Positions 36,920 to 46,312 of a stretch of DNA of 64,000 nt are shown in pieces. The notes beneath the pieces are model-generated. The model saw only the letters and a list, made by a program, of their open reading frames with translations, had not been told where the DNA came from and ran no database searches. The DNA lies in the IMG/VR virus record IMGVR_UViG_3300023240_001094, positions 1 to 64,000 of that record; one strand, 5' to 3'. Position 1 is the first letter of the stretch. Each line of letters begins with the position of its first letter. This stretch comes from a virus. Position numbers and translations under genes: made by a program.

Positions 36920-37758
36920 CCAAAGATATCCTCAAGGATAGAAGTTTCAGCTTGTTTCTTTTTAACAGCGTCTTTATACGCTTTAGACCACTGCACATGA
37001 CACGCAAGCTGCTTAAGACCTTTCAGTGGACCACTAAGTGCTTCTTTTTCCTTTAGCTTAATATAATCTGGATAGAGAGCCTGTAGCTTAGTGTGAACTT
37101 CATTGATAAGATCAGTTGTTCTATATACTGAACAACCACCCTTTTCATTTGTGACAGCAACCGTCACACGGAACTTTGTTGAAATACGATTCGCATAACC
37201 CTGGGTCAACAACTGAAGATTAGCATCAAAGTCCTGAGCAGTTGGCAAACGGTCCCAGATAAGATCACGTGGTAAGTTTGCAGAGTCAAAATAGCAATTC
37301 GTCATAATACGTGCATTATTCATGATTGGCCAATAGAACTCGGATGGAACAACTGTTGAGGTTGCGAAAGCACCATGGTGAATTCCCTCACTCATCCACG
37401 TATCAAAATCAGTAAAGGCATCATCAAAATCCTGCGGAGTCATTTCACGCGTGGCCCATTTAGTTGTAACATTGTCGGCAGGAGTCGCAGGAGCTTTATG
37501 TTTAAAATAAATAAGATCATCATCAAGAACCATATGCTTTGTTCCATAAAAGTTATCCCAGATCCATTGGCGTGTAGGCGATAGCTTGTTTATTTCCTTT
37601 GGTAGACGAAGTACTTTATTAGGATAGCGCTCGTTCATTGCATCATATTCATGGTCCTGAACAACAAATTGAACCATTGACTTAAATTTGTCAGGCAGGC
37701 GGTTATACGTTTTTTGTTTGTCCATACGACCGAGGGTTGGAATGATTAGATGTTCCAT
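36916..37758 (-). CDS. GT-A glycosyltransferase of the TET/JBP-associated (TAGT) / hmC glycosyltransferase type
   Basis: IIPTLGR, PTRQWI, VLDDD, QDFD..LQLL..GY, GGCS. Confidence 0.75.
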   Translation of the reverse strand: MEHLIIPTLGRMDKQKTYNRLPDKFKSMVQFVVQDHEYDAMNERYPNKVLRLPKEINKLSPTRQWIWDNFYGTKHMVLDDDLIYFKHKAPATPADNVTTKWATREMTPQDFDDAFTDFDTWMSEGIHHGAFATSTVVPSEFYWPIMNNARIMTNCYFDSANLPRDLIWDRLPTAQDFDANLQLLTQGYANRISTKFRVTVAVTNEKGGCSVYRTTDLINEVHTKLQALYPDYIKLKEKEALSGPLKGLKQLACHVQWSKAYKDAVKKKQAETSILEDIFG

Positions 37759-38192
37759 TCAATAAATTCCCATTTTACATTTGCCTCAGATAGCATCTGA
37801 GATGAAAGTTTCCATGATGCCTTCCACTTGTCACTGACATCTTGCAAAGGCATTACTACACGCTTTACACCAACCTGAATAACACCTTTAGCACATTCGG
37901 AACAAACCGGCAAGCCAGTCACATATAAAGTGCAGCCGTCAAGTGACACACCGTTATATGACGCGTTATAGATTAGATTTTGTTCAGCATGTACTATATA
38001 TCTGTATTTTTCCTCGCGCGTATTGAGGCGCTCTGATGTATCGGCTATTCCACGCGGGAAACCGTTAAAGCCCTGTGATAAGACCTGGCCTTTAGATCCA
38101 ACAGCAACAGCTCCAATTTTACTTGACGGATCTTTTGACCAAGATCCAACCTCATATGCCAGTTTTAAATAACGCTCATCCCACGTAGTCAT
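37746..38192 (-). CDS. cd: dCMP deaminase
   Basis: SKDP, GFNG.P, HAE.N, PVC..C. Confidence 0.92.
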   Translation of the reverse strand: MTTWDERYLKLAYEVGSWSKDPSSKIGAVAVGSKGQVLSQGFNGFPRGIADTSERLNTREEKYRYIVHAEQNLIYNASYNGVSLDGCTLYVTGLPVCSECAKGVIQVGVKRVVMPLQDVSDKWKASWKLSSQMLSEANVKWEFIEWNI

Positions 38193-38230
38193 GATATATT
38201 ACTCCAATTTATAATACTACTATACAACAT

Positions 38231-38458
38231 TCACCCTGAAATGTACACATCATTTTTCGGTCGATACCAAACTTTTTGATTATGAATTCTACCGAGAAGA
38301 TCATAAATTGCAGATGTTTCCTCACTAAGGTCTAAAATCTTTTTTGCCGTAGTTGGTGTCTGACAGAGCTTTGAAAGCTCCGCCAGTCTAGTATATAGTG
38401 CCTGTTCAATATGAGAAATATCGTTGACCGTGAGTTTAAAGTTTTCATTAGGTTTCAT
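38231..38458 (-). CDS. hypothetical protein
   Basis: ORF track; LGRIHNQK.WYRP. Confidence 0.6.
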   Translation of the reverse strand: MKPNENFKLTVNDISHIEQALYTRLAELSKLCQTPTTAKKILDLSEETSAIYDLLGRIHNQKVWYRPKNDVYISG

Positions 38459-38460
38459 AT

Positions 38461-39138
38461 TTAAACCTTAACAAGATTGAAATGTTTTTCATACACGTGC
38501 AAGTTCATTACCTGCCAATGTAAGTCACCTTTTTCAACACTAACGCCATGATAATTAAGTGAGTCTACGGCATAATCCATGAGGTACTGTGCCCATGCGT
38601 AGTCATTTTTATATCCGAACACAACATCATTTGATCGCATCTGGCTTACCATATGAAGCTTACCGTCACGGATGTAGAACGTTTGAGCGTTGGTGCAAAT
38701 AAAATCATTCTTACCATTCTCGTTAAACTCAATCCAAATTGAAGGGCGGTTATAGATCATCTGGGCACGACGAGAGTCTGGATTAGAAACAAGCTCTTCA
38801 ATAGCTTTATAATACTGTCCAAAATACTTATGTGAAAACAACAGGTGTCCATAGTTAGAGTTAATTTCGCCATTATCGTTGGCGGTGTATTTCCACGCGG
38901 CTGGTGGTTCCTTATCTTTGTGTATATCATTAATATTTGTAGACATTGAGTTGTACCACTCAATCTCAGACTCAATGTAAGATTTGTTTGGAACACCAAA
39001 AATTGAAGGTTCATCAGCAATAAAGCTAGCACCTAAAATCTCAATTGTTTTTTGCCCAGTTTTATCTGCTGTAAAGTTTTCATTACGAAGTTCGTTTACA
39101 AAATATTCACGGATGGTTTCAACATTAGTTACTGTCAT
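38461..39138 (-). CDS. 42: dCMP hydroxymethylase (gp42-like)
   Basis: NSNYG, SRRA, DFICT, MRSNDVVFGYKNDYAW (Asp at the thymidylate-synthase Asn177 position), LHVY. Confidence 0.88.
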   Translation of the reverse strand: MTVTNVETIREYFVNELRNENFTADKTGQKTIEILGASFIADEPSIFGVPNKSYIESEIEWYNSMSTNINDIHKDKEPPAAWKYTANDNGEINSNYGHLLFSHKYFGQYYKAIEELVSNPDSRRAQMIYNRPSIWIEFNENGKNDFICTNAQTFYIRDGKLHMVSQMRSNDVVFGYKNDYAWAQYLMDYAVDSLNYHGVSVEKGDLHWQVMNLHVYEKHFNLVKV

Positions 39139-39556
39139 TTTTGATTAGTTCCTTTTCATATACTCTGCTTCTCAACCCTGATGAAGAAAAGCGATGATCA
39201 CGTTTGTTAAAATATAGAGAGATGCCGAGTTTACGACATTCATCCTTACCAGTGAAGTCTTTGTCTTTATATTCCTCACCAAGAACTCTAACATTAATTG
39301 GGTACATTGTTATTATATCAAGAAGGTCTAATTCTGTACAATAAACAATTATCTCATCCACATATTTTACTGCAGCAAGTTGAGTGTACCTTTCAACGAT
39401 AGATTGAATTGGTGCATTTTTTTCCGAGCGGTCTTGACTTGGATCTACCTGAAGCCCACATATAAGATACTCGCATTGGTCCTTTGCTTCTCGAAGCATC
39501 TGGATATGCCCTGAATGAAGAAGATCAAAGGTTGATGCAGTGAATCCCACTTTCAT
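39125..39556 (-). CDS. glycerol-3-phosphate cytidylyltransferase-like (TagD-like)
   Basis: TFDLLHSGH, ER, YVDE, SSS. Confidence 0.85.
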   Translation of the reverse strand: MKVGFTASTFDLLHSGHIQMLREAKDQCEYLICGLQVDPSQDRSEKNAPIQSIVERYTQLAAVKYVDEIIVYCTELDLLDIITMYPINVRVLGEEYKDKDFTGKDECRKLGISLYFNKRDHRFSSSGLRSRVYEKELIKNDSN

Positions 39557-39837
39557 TACGACGTGTATCCCTGGGAATATGATACTGTTTGATTAGCACC
39601 GGACTCTGTGTAATATATGTAAATACAAAAGCCAATAATTAGCCAGAAGATTGTAGAATAAAAGAACACTACAATAGGGCTACGTGCCTGGCGTGACGTG
39701 GCGAACACTTTACCCTTTGGTGCAAGGATGTATCTAAACCAAAGGTAGATACGGCCTGGGAGAGCATACAGTGTCCATAAAAGCGTAAAGCTTTGGCGGT
39801 CTAAAACGTCAGGGTTGCTGCTTCTTTTTCGTGCCAT
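39556..39837 (-). CDS. hypothetical membrane protein
   Basis: ORF track; hydrophobic segments. Confidence 0.5.
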   Translation of the reverse strand: MARKRSSNPDVLDRQSFTLLWTLYALPGRIYLWFRYILAPKGKVFATSRQARSPIVVFFYSTIFWLIIGFCIYIYYTESGANQTVSYSQGYTS

Positions 39838-39947
39838 GATATTACTTCCTTTTCACTGGCTTGAGTGGTTTAGTTTTCTTTTTTGTGTTCAAATTCTAGC
39901 GAATTGCACCTGATTTTGTTTTAACGAGTCTTGGCTGCTTTGCCATA

Positions 39948-40394
39948 TTATTTTCCTTTAATTGTAAGTCCGTGAGTTTCATTTCCAGTCTTTAGAGCAT
40001 CTAATACCAAGTCGCGCGGAATATATCCAATGATTTGATAATGAACTGCATCACCAACCTCAAAGTTTTTGCTCCAATCTTTCTTTATATAACTCCATGC
40101 GACAATATTATCAATAATGCCGCGCTCAAGTTTATCTCTAATATAAGCAGAGATGGTAACTTCGCGCTTGGAGTTAACATGTTTAAAGTCACAGTTACCA
40201 AAGAATTTATGAGTTGTATCATATTCATAACCCTCATAAACTGTATGTCCATTATTCAAGGAAGCCTGATGAAACTCAACAAACTCAAAATCCCACTGGC
40301 GGTACGGATCAATACCGGTTCGTGTATCAGTCGAGGCAATTTCGTTGCGGCGAGTGATAAAATCTTCAGTAACAATACCTTTATATTTAGTCAT
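39948..40394 (-). CDS. hypothetical protein, possible nuclease fold
   Basis: E...YD...DFK pattern. Confidence 0.5.
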   Translation of the reverse strand: MTKYKGIVTEDFITRRNEIASTDTRTGIDPYRQWDFEFVEFHQASLNNGHTVYEGYEYDTTHKFFGNCDFKHVNSKREVTISAYIRDKLERGIIDNIVAWSYIKKDWSKNFEVGDAVHYQIIGYIPRDLVLDALKTGNETHGLTIKGK

Positions 40395-41353
40395 TATATT
40401 TTCCTATATGCATATTCCAAAGCACGATTGGCTTCGATTTCAATTGGGCGGTTTTCATACCAACCACCATTTTCCATGTCAAACTGTTTGCATAGTTCAG
40501 CTATCTGTGTCGCGGTTATTGGATATTCCTTTTCAATAGCGCGGGAAGCTATAGCAACCATCATACCATACATTTTTGCATACCATCCTGTATCAGAAAT
40601 GGTTGCGTATTCAAGAGCCATTTTACGTGGCCAAAAGGGGCAATCGTGATAACTTGACCAAAAGATGCCAGTGTTCTGCATTTGATTTTTGCGGTGGCTA
40701 ACAACTTGCTCCACTAGCTCAGGTGGCAGCCTATCGAGAAATGATCCGGTCGCTTTAGCTCTTTCAACATAAGGATACGCAGAAAGAAGATCAGATACGT
40801 TAATAGGCTTACCGTTACCACTAAAAATAAAATTGTCTGCTTGGTTGTAATTAGCAGGAACATAATACATTCGACTAAGGTCTTTACATTGCTTATCACC
40901 AGAGTCATCAAGACGTGATTGAAGTGCAAACCAAAAGTGTTTGATTTCATCAACAGATACGTCACGATCAAGTTCGAATACAAGTCTGAACTTTTTCTTA
41001 TTAGGACGAGAGCTAGCAGTGCTATAACAAACAAAACGCCAATCAGGAACTAGATCACGAACGTATTCGTTTAATTCACCATCAATATCAAGGTCGTCAA
41101 TATCAACAGCACACCAGCCTGCCCAAGCAGTAACATTTTTGTTGGCGCGTTTGGTTCCAGCTTCGTAAACAGCCGGAGAAATAAGTTCTGCATCTAGTTT
41201 TCCTTTCTTAGGTTGATTGGATAAAGCGTATAGGAGTTTCTCTAGCTCATCAAAGCTAGAGAAATCCATTCTGCGGTGCGTTTTGTTGTCATAAATAAAA
41301 CGCTGGCGTTCATCCCACCAACGAGGTGGTTTAAATAGCGTTAGGGATATCAC
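40394..41353 (-). CDS. primase-polymerase-like (AEP) protein
   Basis: AVDIDD, YSTAS, FRLVF, D.QCKD.SR.YYVP. Confidence 0.7.
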   Translation of the reverse strand: MISLTLFKPPRWWDERQRFIYDNKTHRRMDFSSFDELEKLLYALSNQPKKGKLDAELISPAVYEAGTKRANKNVTAWAGWCAVDIDDLDIDGELNEYVRDLVPDWRFVCYSTASSRPNKKKFRLVFELDRDVSVDEIKHFWFALQSRLDDSGDKQCKDLSRMYYVPANYNQADNFIFSGNGKPINVSDLLSAYPYVERAKATGSFLDRLPPELVEQVVSHRKNQMQNTGIFWSSYHDCPFWPRKMALEYATISDTGWYAKMYGMMVAIASRAIEKEYPITATQIAELCKQFDMENGGWYENRPIEIEANRALEYAYRKI

Positions 41354-41756
41354 CGTGATTATCCTCGTGTGATGGAGGTGTCCAGCCGGAAGGCTTAAGA
41401 AGATCAGGAAGACCGAACGGATTTGGTCTGCCGGGCTTCACACCTGGTGATTTTGCCATATTTGCATCATATACCTTATCCCAAGCAGTATTGGCATCAA
41501 CGCCGAATACATCAAGTGTGCCAATGGCAAATACACAGAGATCGATAAGTCCATCAACTACTTCTTCAGAATCACGATCAAAAAGTGCAGCGTCAATAGT
41601 TTCATTCATTTCTTCCATACACATACTAAGTCGGAAGCGAAGATACTTCTTCATTAATTCAGTATCATGGCGGTTTTCAGCAAACCATTTTTTCACACCA
41701 AATTTGTGGTGCATCATTGCGATATCATTTGCCCAATCAGACATGTATTTCTCCAT
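41331..41756 (-). CDS. MazG-like all-alpha NTP pyrophosphohydrolase
   Basis: EEMNE, EVVDGLIDL, ANMAK, KP.GW.PP. Confidence 0.85.
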   Translation of the reverse strand: MEKYMSDWANDIAMMHHKFGVKKWFAENRHDTELMKKYLRFRLSMCMEEMNETIDAALFDRDSEEVVDGLIDLCVFAIGTLDVFGVDANTAWDKVYDANMAKSPGVKPGRPNPFGLPDLLKPSGWTPPSHEDNHGDIPNAI

Positions 41757-41773
41757 TATTATCAGTGATTATA

Positions 41774-42499
41774 TTATACGTTATTATGAAAGGAATGTAC
41801 ATGGTTAAATATGTCATTCCAATCTTGCACAGTTATTGAGGTACTGCACATATAGTTCTTATGCATTGCTGTAGCAAGTGGTCGGTCGTTGCCAGTGAAT
41901 CCCATAGAGTCTCCAAAGAAAGCAATCTTAGAATCCAAGGTAAAATCTCGAAGAATTTGACTTTTATCGGAACCTCTTCTAGAAATGTCAAGTCCTGTTT
42001 CGCCAGCTACCGTTGCGTGTAAGCTTGGAAAGTTGCTATTAAATCTATTTGCAATGCAGGCGCGTTCCGATGTCAGTTTATCATATTTTACATATGACGC
42101 TCTATCCTCGGGTGAAGCAGATCTACCGACAACACTAAAGTTAACCATTCCGACTCGATGTTCAATGTGTTTACCTGTTCTAATACTAAATCCGCTTGCG
42201 CGTAATTCATTCACAAGAAAGGATAAAGCAATCCCTGGAAGTTCCCAAGAATCAGAGAAAACCAATGTGTCTCCTTCATAAACCTCACTTCCACTACACT
42301 GGTAAACACGTTTACATTTGTTGTAGATAGTTTCACCAATCTGCTCTATCGTTTTAGGTCTGTCGCTGCCTGTTACCAAATAGACGTTATTGACGGAACA
42401 AAACTCTAGGAAAAGTTTTGCAAATACTGGATCCATTTTACATCTGCTCGGTGTAAGAGTTCCGTCAACATCAAATATATAATTAACCGAATATGTCAT
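41774..42499 (-). CDS. HAD-IIB phosphomannomutase-like protein
   Basis: FDVDGTLT, VTGSD, E.R.GMVNFS..GR, FFGD....GND. Confidence 0.85.
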   Translation of the reverse strand: MTYSVNYIFDVDGTLTPSRCKMDPVFAKLFLEFCSVNNVYLVTGSDRPKTIEQIGETIYNKCKRVYQCSGSEVYEGDTLVFSDSWELPGIALSFLVNELRASGFSIRTGKHIEHRVGMVNFSVVGRSASPEDRASYVKYDKLTSERACIANRFNSNFPSLHATVAGETGLDISRRGSDKSQILRDFTLDSKIAFFGDSMGFTGNDRPLATAMHKNYMCSTSITVQDWNDIFNHVHSFHNNV

Positions 42500-44987
42500 C
42501 CATAGTCACCTTTTCTTCTGAGGACCAATTAAGAACATCAAGAATAAGCTCGAGAGGTTCAAGAAATGTTTTGCTGAACTGTTTATCATAGTCAACATAA
42601 CGATGTAGTTTAAGCTCTTGAGGAAGGAAGTTCGGGAATGATATAACATTCTGACGAATAGTGTTAGGTGTTTTAAGATAACAGAATTTGATTTTATCAC
42701 CACCTTGAATTAACTCATATGATTGTTCCAAAGAACCTTCCTTAAGATAATGATTATATAGCAAGCTACCGCGAACATGAATAGGAGTGCCCTTTGTAAA
42801 GATAGTCTTTCGGTCTGACCACTTTGCAATTTCGGTTACACCTCGTGGAAAGGCAACGGCCTCAGGTGGTAGTTGCTTAAACTCAGATTTAAATTGTGCA
42901 ATGAATGACTGCGTTGCAATACGGTCACCAGTAAGCATCAACTTAAACACTTCTTTAAATTTATCACGGACAGCCTCGGGTGTAGAAGACTTAATAGCCT
43001 CAATACCCATGATTTTCATCTTAGGTTCCTTATATTGAACACCTTCTGAATTGTGTACATTAAGGATATAGCGCTTTTTGGCAGCCCAGATACCACGATC
43101 AGCAATAACCTCTCGGGCCATAACCATGCGCTTGTCAAAGGCATTCATACGTTCATATAGACTATCGTATGACTTAGCGAGAAGAGGAATGAAATGCTCT
43201 TCACAGATTTTATCAAGAGCTTTAACCGGATCAGTTGGATTAAGCTTTTTCACAAAGGATCCGAAGTTCACATAAACAGAGTCTGTGTCAATAGCAATAA
43301 CATAATCACGGCCTGTTGTACCAAGAACCTTATTCATTTCTGCGTTAATGGTTCGCTCAGCCCATTGAATAGTCAGCTGACCAGAAAGTGTGATACCTTC
43401 AGCCATCCGCATATCGAAGTATCTGAAGTAACGGTTACCAAGAGCACCATAGAGTGAGTTTAGAAGAATTTTAATAGCCATCTGACGGTTTTCAAGCTGG
43501 TTAATTTTGCGTTCAAGCTCGACAGATTTGTTCTGTTGATACTCTTGTTCAGCCCGGAGCATCTCACCTTTAACTTGTTTACGTTCAGAGTAATAGTCAA
43601 CAATAATTTTCGGAAGGAATCCTTGACGATCTTTCCTATATGCAGATCCATTGACTGCAACAGCGACATCCATATCCAGTGCTCGTGGATCTACATCGTT
43701 GTGCATGTAATGTTCTACACCATTAATGAATCGACCATCCATGGATTTAACAAGTGTTTCCGGTGACATGTTATATTGAACAATCAAGTTTGGGTAGAGT
43801 GAGTTAAGGTCAAAGGAAACAACCCACTCATGTGAACCAGTCTGTGGTGCTTTAACGTAGCCACCGGGATATGGATTTTTAATCTTGTTGGTATTGGCTG
43901 GGACCGCGATTTTAGACTTGTTAAGCTCACGGTAGATAATAGAGTCCCATATACCAGTAGTACCAAATGTATCAGAATAGTTAACGCCTGCCTTATAGGC
44001 CATAGTCAAGGCAAGAGTAATCAAATCCATTTTCTCATCAATACGCTCAACAAGTTCAACGTCTTTGATATTATAGTCAATGTACTTTTGATAGTTTTCT
44101 TTATAGAGGTTCTGTAGATTACCATATTCTTCATAGGAAAGTTTACGCTCACCGAGAACAACATAAGCAACATGATCAAGCTTATATGACTCAAGAGCGC
44201 CATATGAATAGCCAAACTTTTTAAACAGCTCGATGTAATCTAGTTGAGAAACACCCTTAATATCATAAGCTGTTTGCTTATTACCCATAACAGTAATTTC
44301 TTGTTGATCTACTAGGTTCCATGGAGAGAAAGCCTTAACAGCTTCTTGAGATCCAAGGTTTGCAATACGATTAAGAATATATGGAACATCAAAGAAGCGA
44401 ATATTCCATCCGGTAATCACGTCAGGATAGTCTGCCTTCCAAAAGGTAATATACATCACGAGCATCTCAATCTCGTTCTTGGCAACATGCTCTTGAACAA
44501 GAAGATGGCTCATCTCAGACTTTGATTTATCCCACTCACCAAAGTGAAATACGTGATACACCTTGGACTTACTTGATTTATGTGTGATCGCAGTAATTGG
44601 ATGTCTTGCTTCATTTGGATGTGGAAAACCATCCTCGGAATGGACTTCAATGTCAATGTTTGCTACATTAACCTTAGACCGGTCAAAGGTAATATCACCC
44701 GGAAATTTTGATGTGATAAACTGGTGAATAAAATTTGACGTGCCATATATCTCGGCATTGGAGATGTCGTCATACCGTTTACTAAATTCACGAGCATCCG
44801 CCATAGTATCAAAATTGATAGGTGCACATGATTTTCCGTCGATGGTTTTCCATTCAGTTTCAGTCTGACTCGGAACAAACATAGTTGGTTTAAACTTATA
44901 TTTGTTAGATACAGGCGTTCCATTCGCGGTGTATCCACGATATAGAATTGAGTTGCCGTAACGGCTAACATTGGTGTAAAAATTCAT
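42483..44987 (-). CDS. 43: family B DNA polymerase gp43
   Basis: DIEV, GWN..FD, YNIKD, SFDLNSLYP, KILLNSLYG, DTDS, KKRY. Confidence 0.97.
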   Translation of the reverse strand: MNFYTNVSRYGNSILYRGYTANGTPVSNKYKFKPTMFVPSQTETEWKTIDGKSCAPINFDTMADAREFSKRYDDISNAEIYGTSNFIHQFITSKFPGDITFDRSKVNVANIDIEVHSEDGFPHPNEARHPITAITHKSSKSKVYHVFHFGEWDKSKSEMSHLLVQEHVAKNEIEMLVMYITFWKADYPDVITGWNIRFFDVPYILNRIANLGSQEAVKAFSPWNLVDQQEITVMGNKQTAYDIKGVSQLDYIELFKKFGYSYGALESYKLDHVAYVVLGERKLSYEEYGNLQNLYKENYQKYIDYNIKDVELVERIDEKMDLITLALTMAYKAGVNYSDTFGTTGIWDSIIYRELNKSKIAVPANTNKIKNPYPGGYVKAPQTGSHEWVVSFDLNSLYPNLIVQYNMSPETLVKSMDGRFINGVEHYMHNDVDPRALDMDVAVAVNGSAYRKDRQGFLPKIIVDYYSERKQVKGEMLRAEQEYQQNKSVELERKINQLENRQMAIKILLNSLYGALGNRYFRYFDMRMAEGITLSGQLTIQWAERTINAEMNKVLGTTGRDYVIAIDTDSVYVNFGSFVKKLNPTDPVKALDKICEEHFIPLLAKSYDSLYERMNAFDKRMVMAREVIADRGIWAAKKRYILNVHNSEGVQYKEPKMKIMGIEAIKSSTPEAVRDKFKEVFKLMLTGDRIATQSFIAQFKSEFKQLPPEAVAFPRGVTEIAKWSDRKTIFTKGTPIHVRGSLLYNHYLKEGSLEQSYELIQGGDKIKFCYLKTPNTIRQNVISFPNFLPQELKLHRYVDYDKQFSKTFLEPLELILDVLNWSSEEKVTMDDIFG

Positions 44988-45062
44988 AGTGCCTCCATAA
45001 TTATATACATTATATCATGCTACAGTAAATCTGTAAACACGTCTCACATCAAATGGCACGTA

Positions 45063-45305
45063 TTATTTTAGCCTGTCTTGATCAATTTTTTTGTAGATAT
45101 CGTATTTACGCATCTCATAGTGACGGTCCACAATATCATTTAGAGTCTCTTGAGCTTCAATAGCCGTGTCAAACTCAAAGCCGTCATGAACGTGATTAAT
45201 AATAGTCCAAAACTGCTCTTTGTCCATAGATGTCATACAATAAATAGACATCGCAGCCATCATAAAATCGAACTCTGTTAGCTCGCTGTAAGCGTCGTCT
45301 TCCAT
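45063..45305 (-). CDS. hypothetical protein
   Basis: GGAGG RBS; late promoter at 45337-45344. Confidence 0.6.
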   Translation of the reverse strand: MEDDAYSELTEFDFMMAAMSIYCMTSMDKEQFWTIINHVHDGFEFDTAIEAQETLNDIVDRHYEMRKYDIYKKIDQDRLK

Positions 45306-45361
45306 AAGAAAATACCTCCATACTATTGTATAGAGGTATTTATAGTCATATATGATGTGAA

Positions 45362-45724
45362 TTAAGCAGCGAAGCGCATTTCTGCTGATTCAGCGCTACA
45401 CTTAAACATTTTACCAGTTGAAGCACATTTGTATACAAATGGCATTTTGTGAGCGCGAGTGTTATATGAAGTAAGCACATCACCGTGCTTGTTTTTCATA
45501 ACCAAACCACGGGCTTTAGCCATTGTCTCAACCAGCTGAGTTGAACGTGATACAGCACCTTTAATTTTTGCTTCAACCTTGATAGTAACTTCAGCATCAG
45601 AGAACCGCATACTGCCAACAGAGATATCCAAACCAGATTTTGTTCCATACTTATCAAGTACAGCCTCCATTTCGGCGCGAAGAGCTTTGAGAGTTGCTTT
45701 GTCGAATTTTGCGATCTTTGTCAT
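45362..45724 (-). CDS. early hypothetical protein ending RFAA
   Basis: Early promoter 45741-45781, GGAG RBS. Confidence 0.7.
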   Translation of the reverse strand: MTKIAKFDKATLKALRAEMEAVLDKYGTKSGLDISVGSMRFSDAEVTIKVEAKIKGAVSRSTQLVETMAKARGLVMKNKHGDVLTSYNTRAHKMPFVYKCASTGKMFKCSAESAEMRFAA

Positions 45725-45740
45725 TGTGTTTATCTCCATT

Positions 45741-45781
45741 TGATATATTAGTTATACCATACGCCGAGATAGATGTACACA
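45741..45781 (-). promoter_or_regulatory. early promoter
   Basis: TGTGTACA...TATGGTATAACTAATATATCA. Confidence 0.8.
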
Positions 45782-45800
45782 GTTATTCTTGATTTTTGTG

Positions 45801-45825
45801 AAAAAAATAGGCCCGAAGGCCTATT
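45801..45825 (-). terminator. rho-independent terminator
   Basis: AATAGGCC-TTCG-GGCCTATT followed by T-run. Confidence 0.85.
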
Positions 45826-45831
45826 CAATTA

Positions 45832-45975
45832 TTATACCCAACCTCTAAGTTGGTTGTTTTGTACTGCTCTCATACGACGTTCAAGATCAGCTAGGTCTGT
45901 TGCCTTTGCGTAGTATGCTTCTTCCATTTCACGTTGTGTTTTTGGAGTCAGTGCATTGAGTATTTTCTTAAACAT
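45832..45975 (-). CDS. DUF3563-like small protein
   Basis: Manual translation ...EEAYYAKATDLADLERRMRA... Confidence 0.65.
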   Translation of the reverse strand: MFKKILNALTPKTQREMEEAYYAKATDLADLERRMRAVQNNQLRGWV

Positions 45976-46225
45976 CTTCGAGATTCCTTCCTTTTACCAT
46001 AGCCAATACTTCATGAAATGAATAGTTTCTATATTCGCTTCTATGTAGCATATCAGCAATCATATAATCAGCTTTATTTTGCTGGCCATCCATGATTACT
46101 TTCAATAGTGTAGAAAAGGATTTTCCGATTGCTCTAGAGAGTCGTGCGGTTCCCGAGGTGATCATGGGTAGGATATCCATTATCACTTTCGTTAAGTAGT
46201 TGTGAGTCAGTAGTATGTGTGTCAT
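45968..46225 (-). CDS. hypothetical protein
   Basis: GAGG RBS before MTHILLTH. Confidence 0.55.
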   Translation of the reverse strand: MTHILLTHNYLTKVIMDILPMITSGTARLSRAIGKSFSTLLKVIMDGQQNKADYMIADMLHRSEYRNYSFHEVLAMVKGRNLEDV

Positions 46226-46268
46226 TTGAGACCTCGTTTTTTCCAATTGAAATTTTACGAGGACGCTG
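46134..46268 (-). pseudogene. orphan hsp20 C-terminal remnant
   Basis: Reads QRPRKISIGK...SQLLNE, compared with the hsp20 end MKPKKIKIGNSQLLTE. Confidence 0.7.
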
Positions 46269-46273
46269 ATATG

Positions 46274-46302
46274 TATAAATAGTGTTGTAAAAACTATTTA
46301 TA
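46274..46302. promoter_or_regulatory. inverted pair of late promoters forming a hairpin
   Basis: TATAAATAG-N11-CTATTTATA directly before the HNH RBS. Confidence 0.7.
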
Positions 46303-46312
46303 GGAATTTAAT

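Noticed and set aside
38461-39138. Canonical thymidylate synthase ThyA
   Set aside because: Has Asp in place of the dUMP-specifying Asn and gp42-like motifs; ThyX is present separately
42483-44987. Intein or intron in the polymerase (also checked nrdA, 41 and uvsX)
   Set aside because: Lengths are normal and motifs are contiguous
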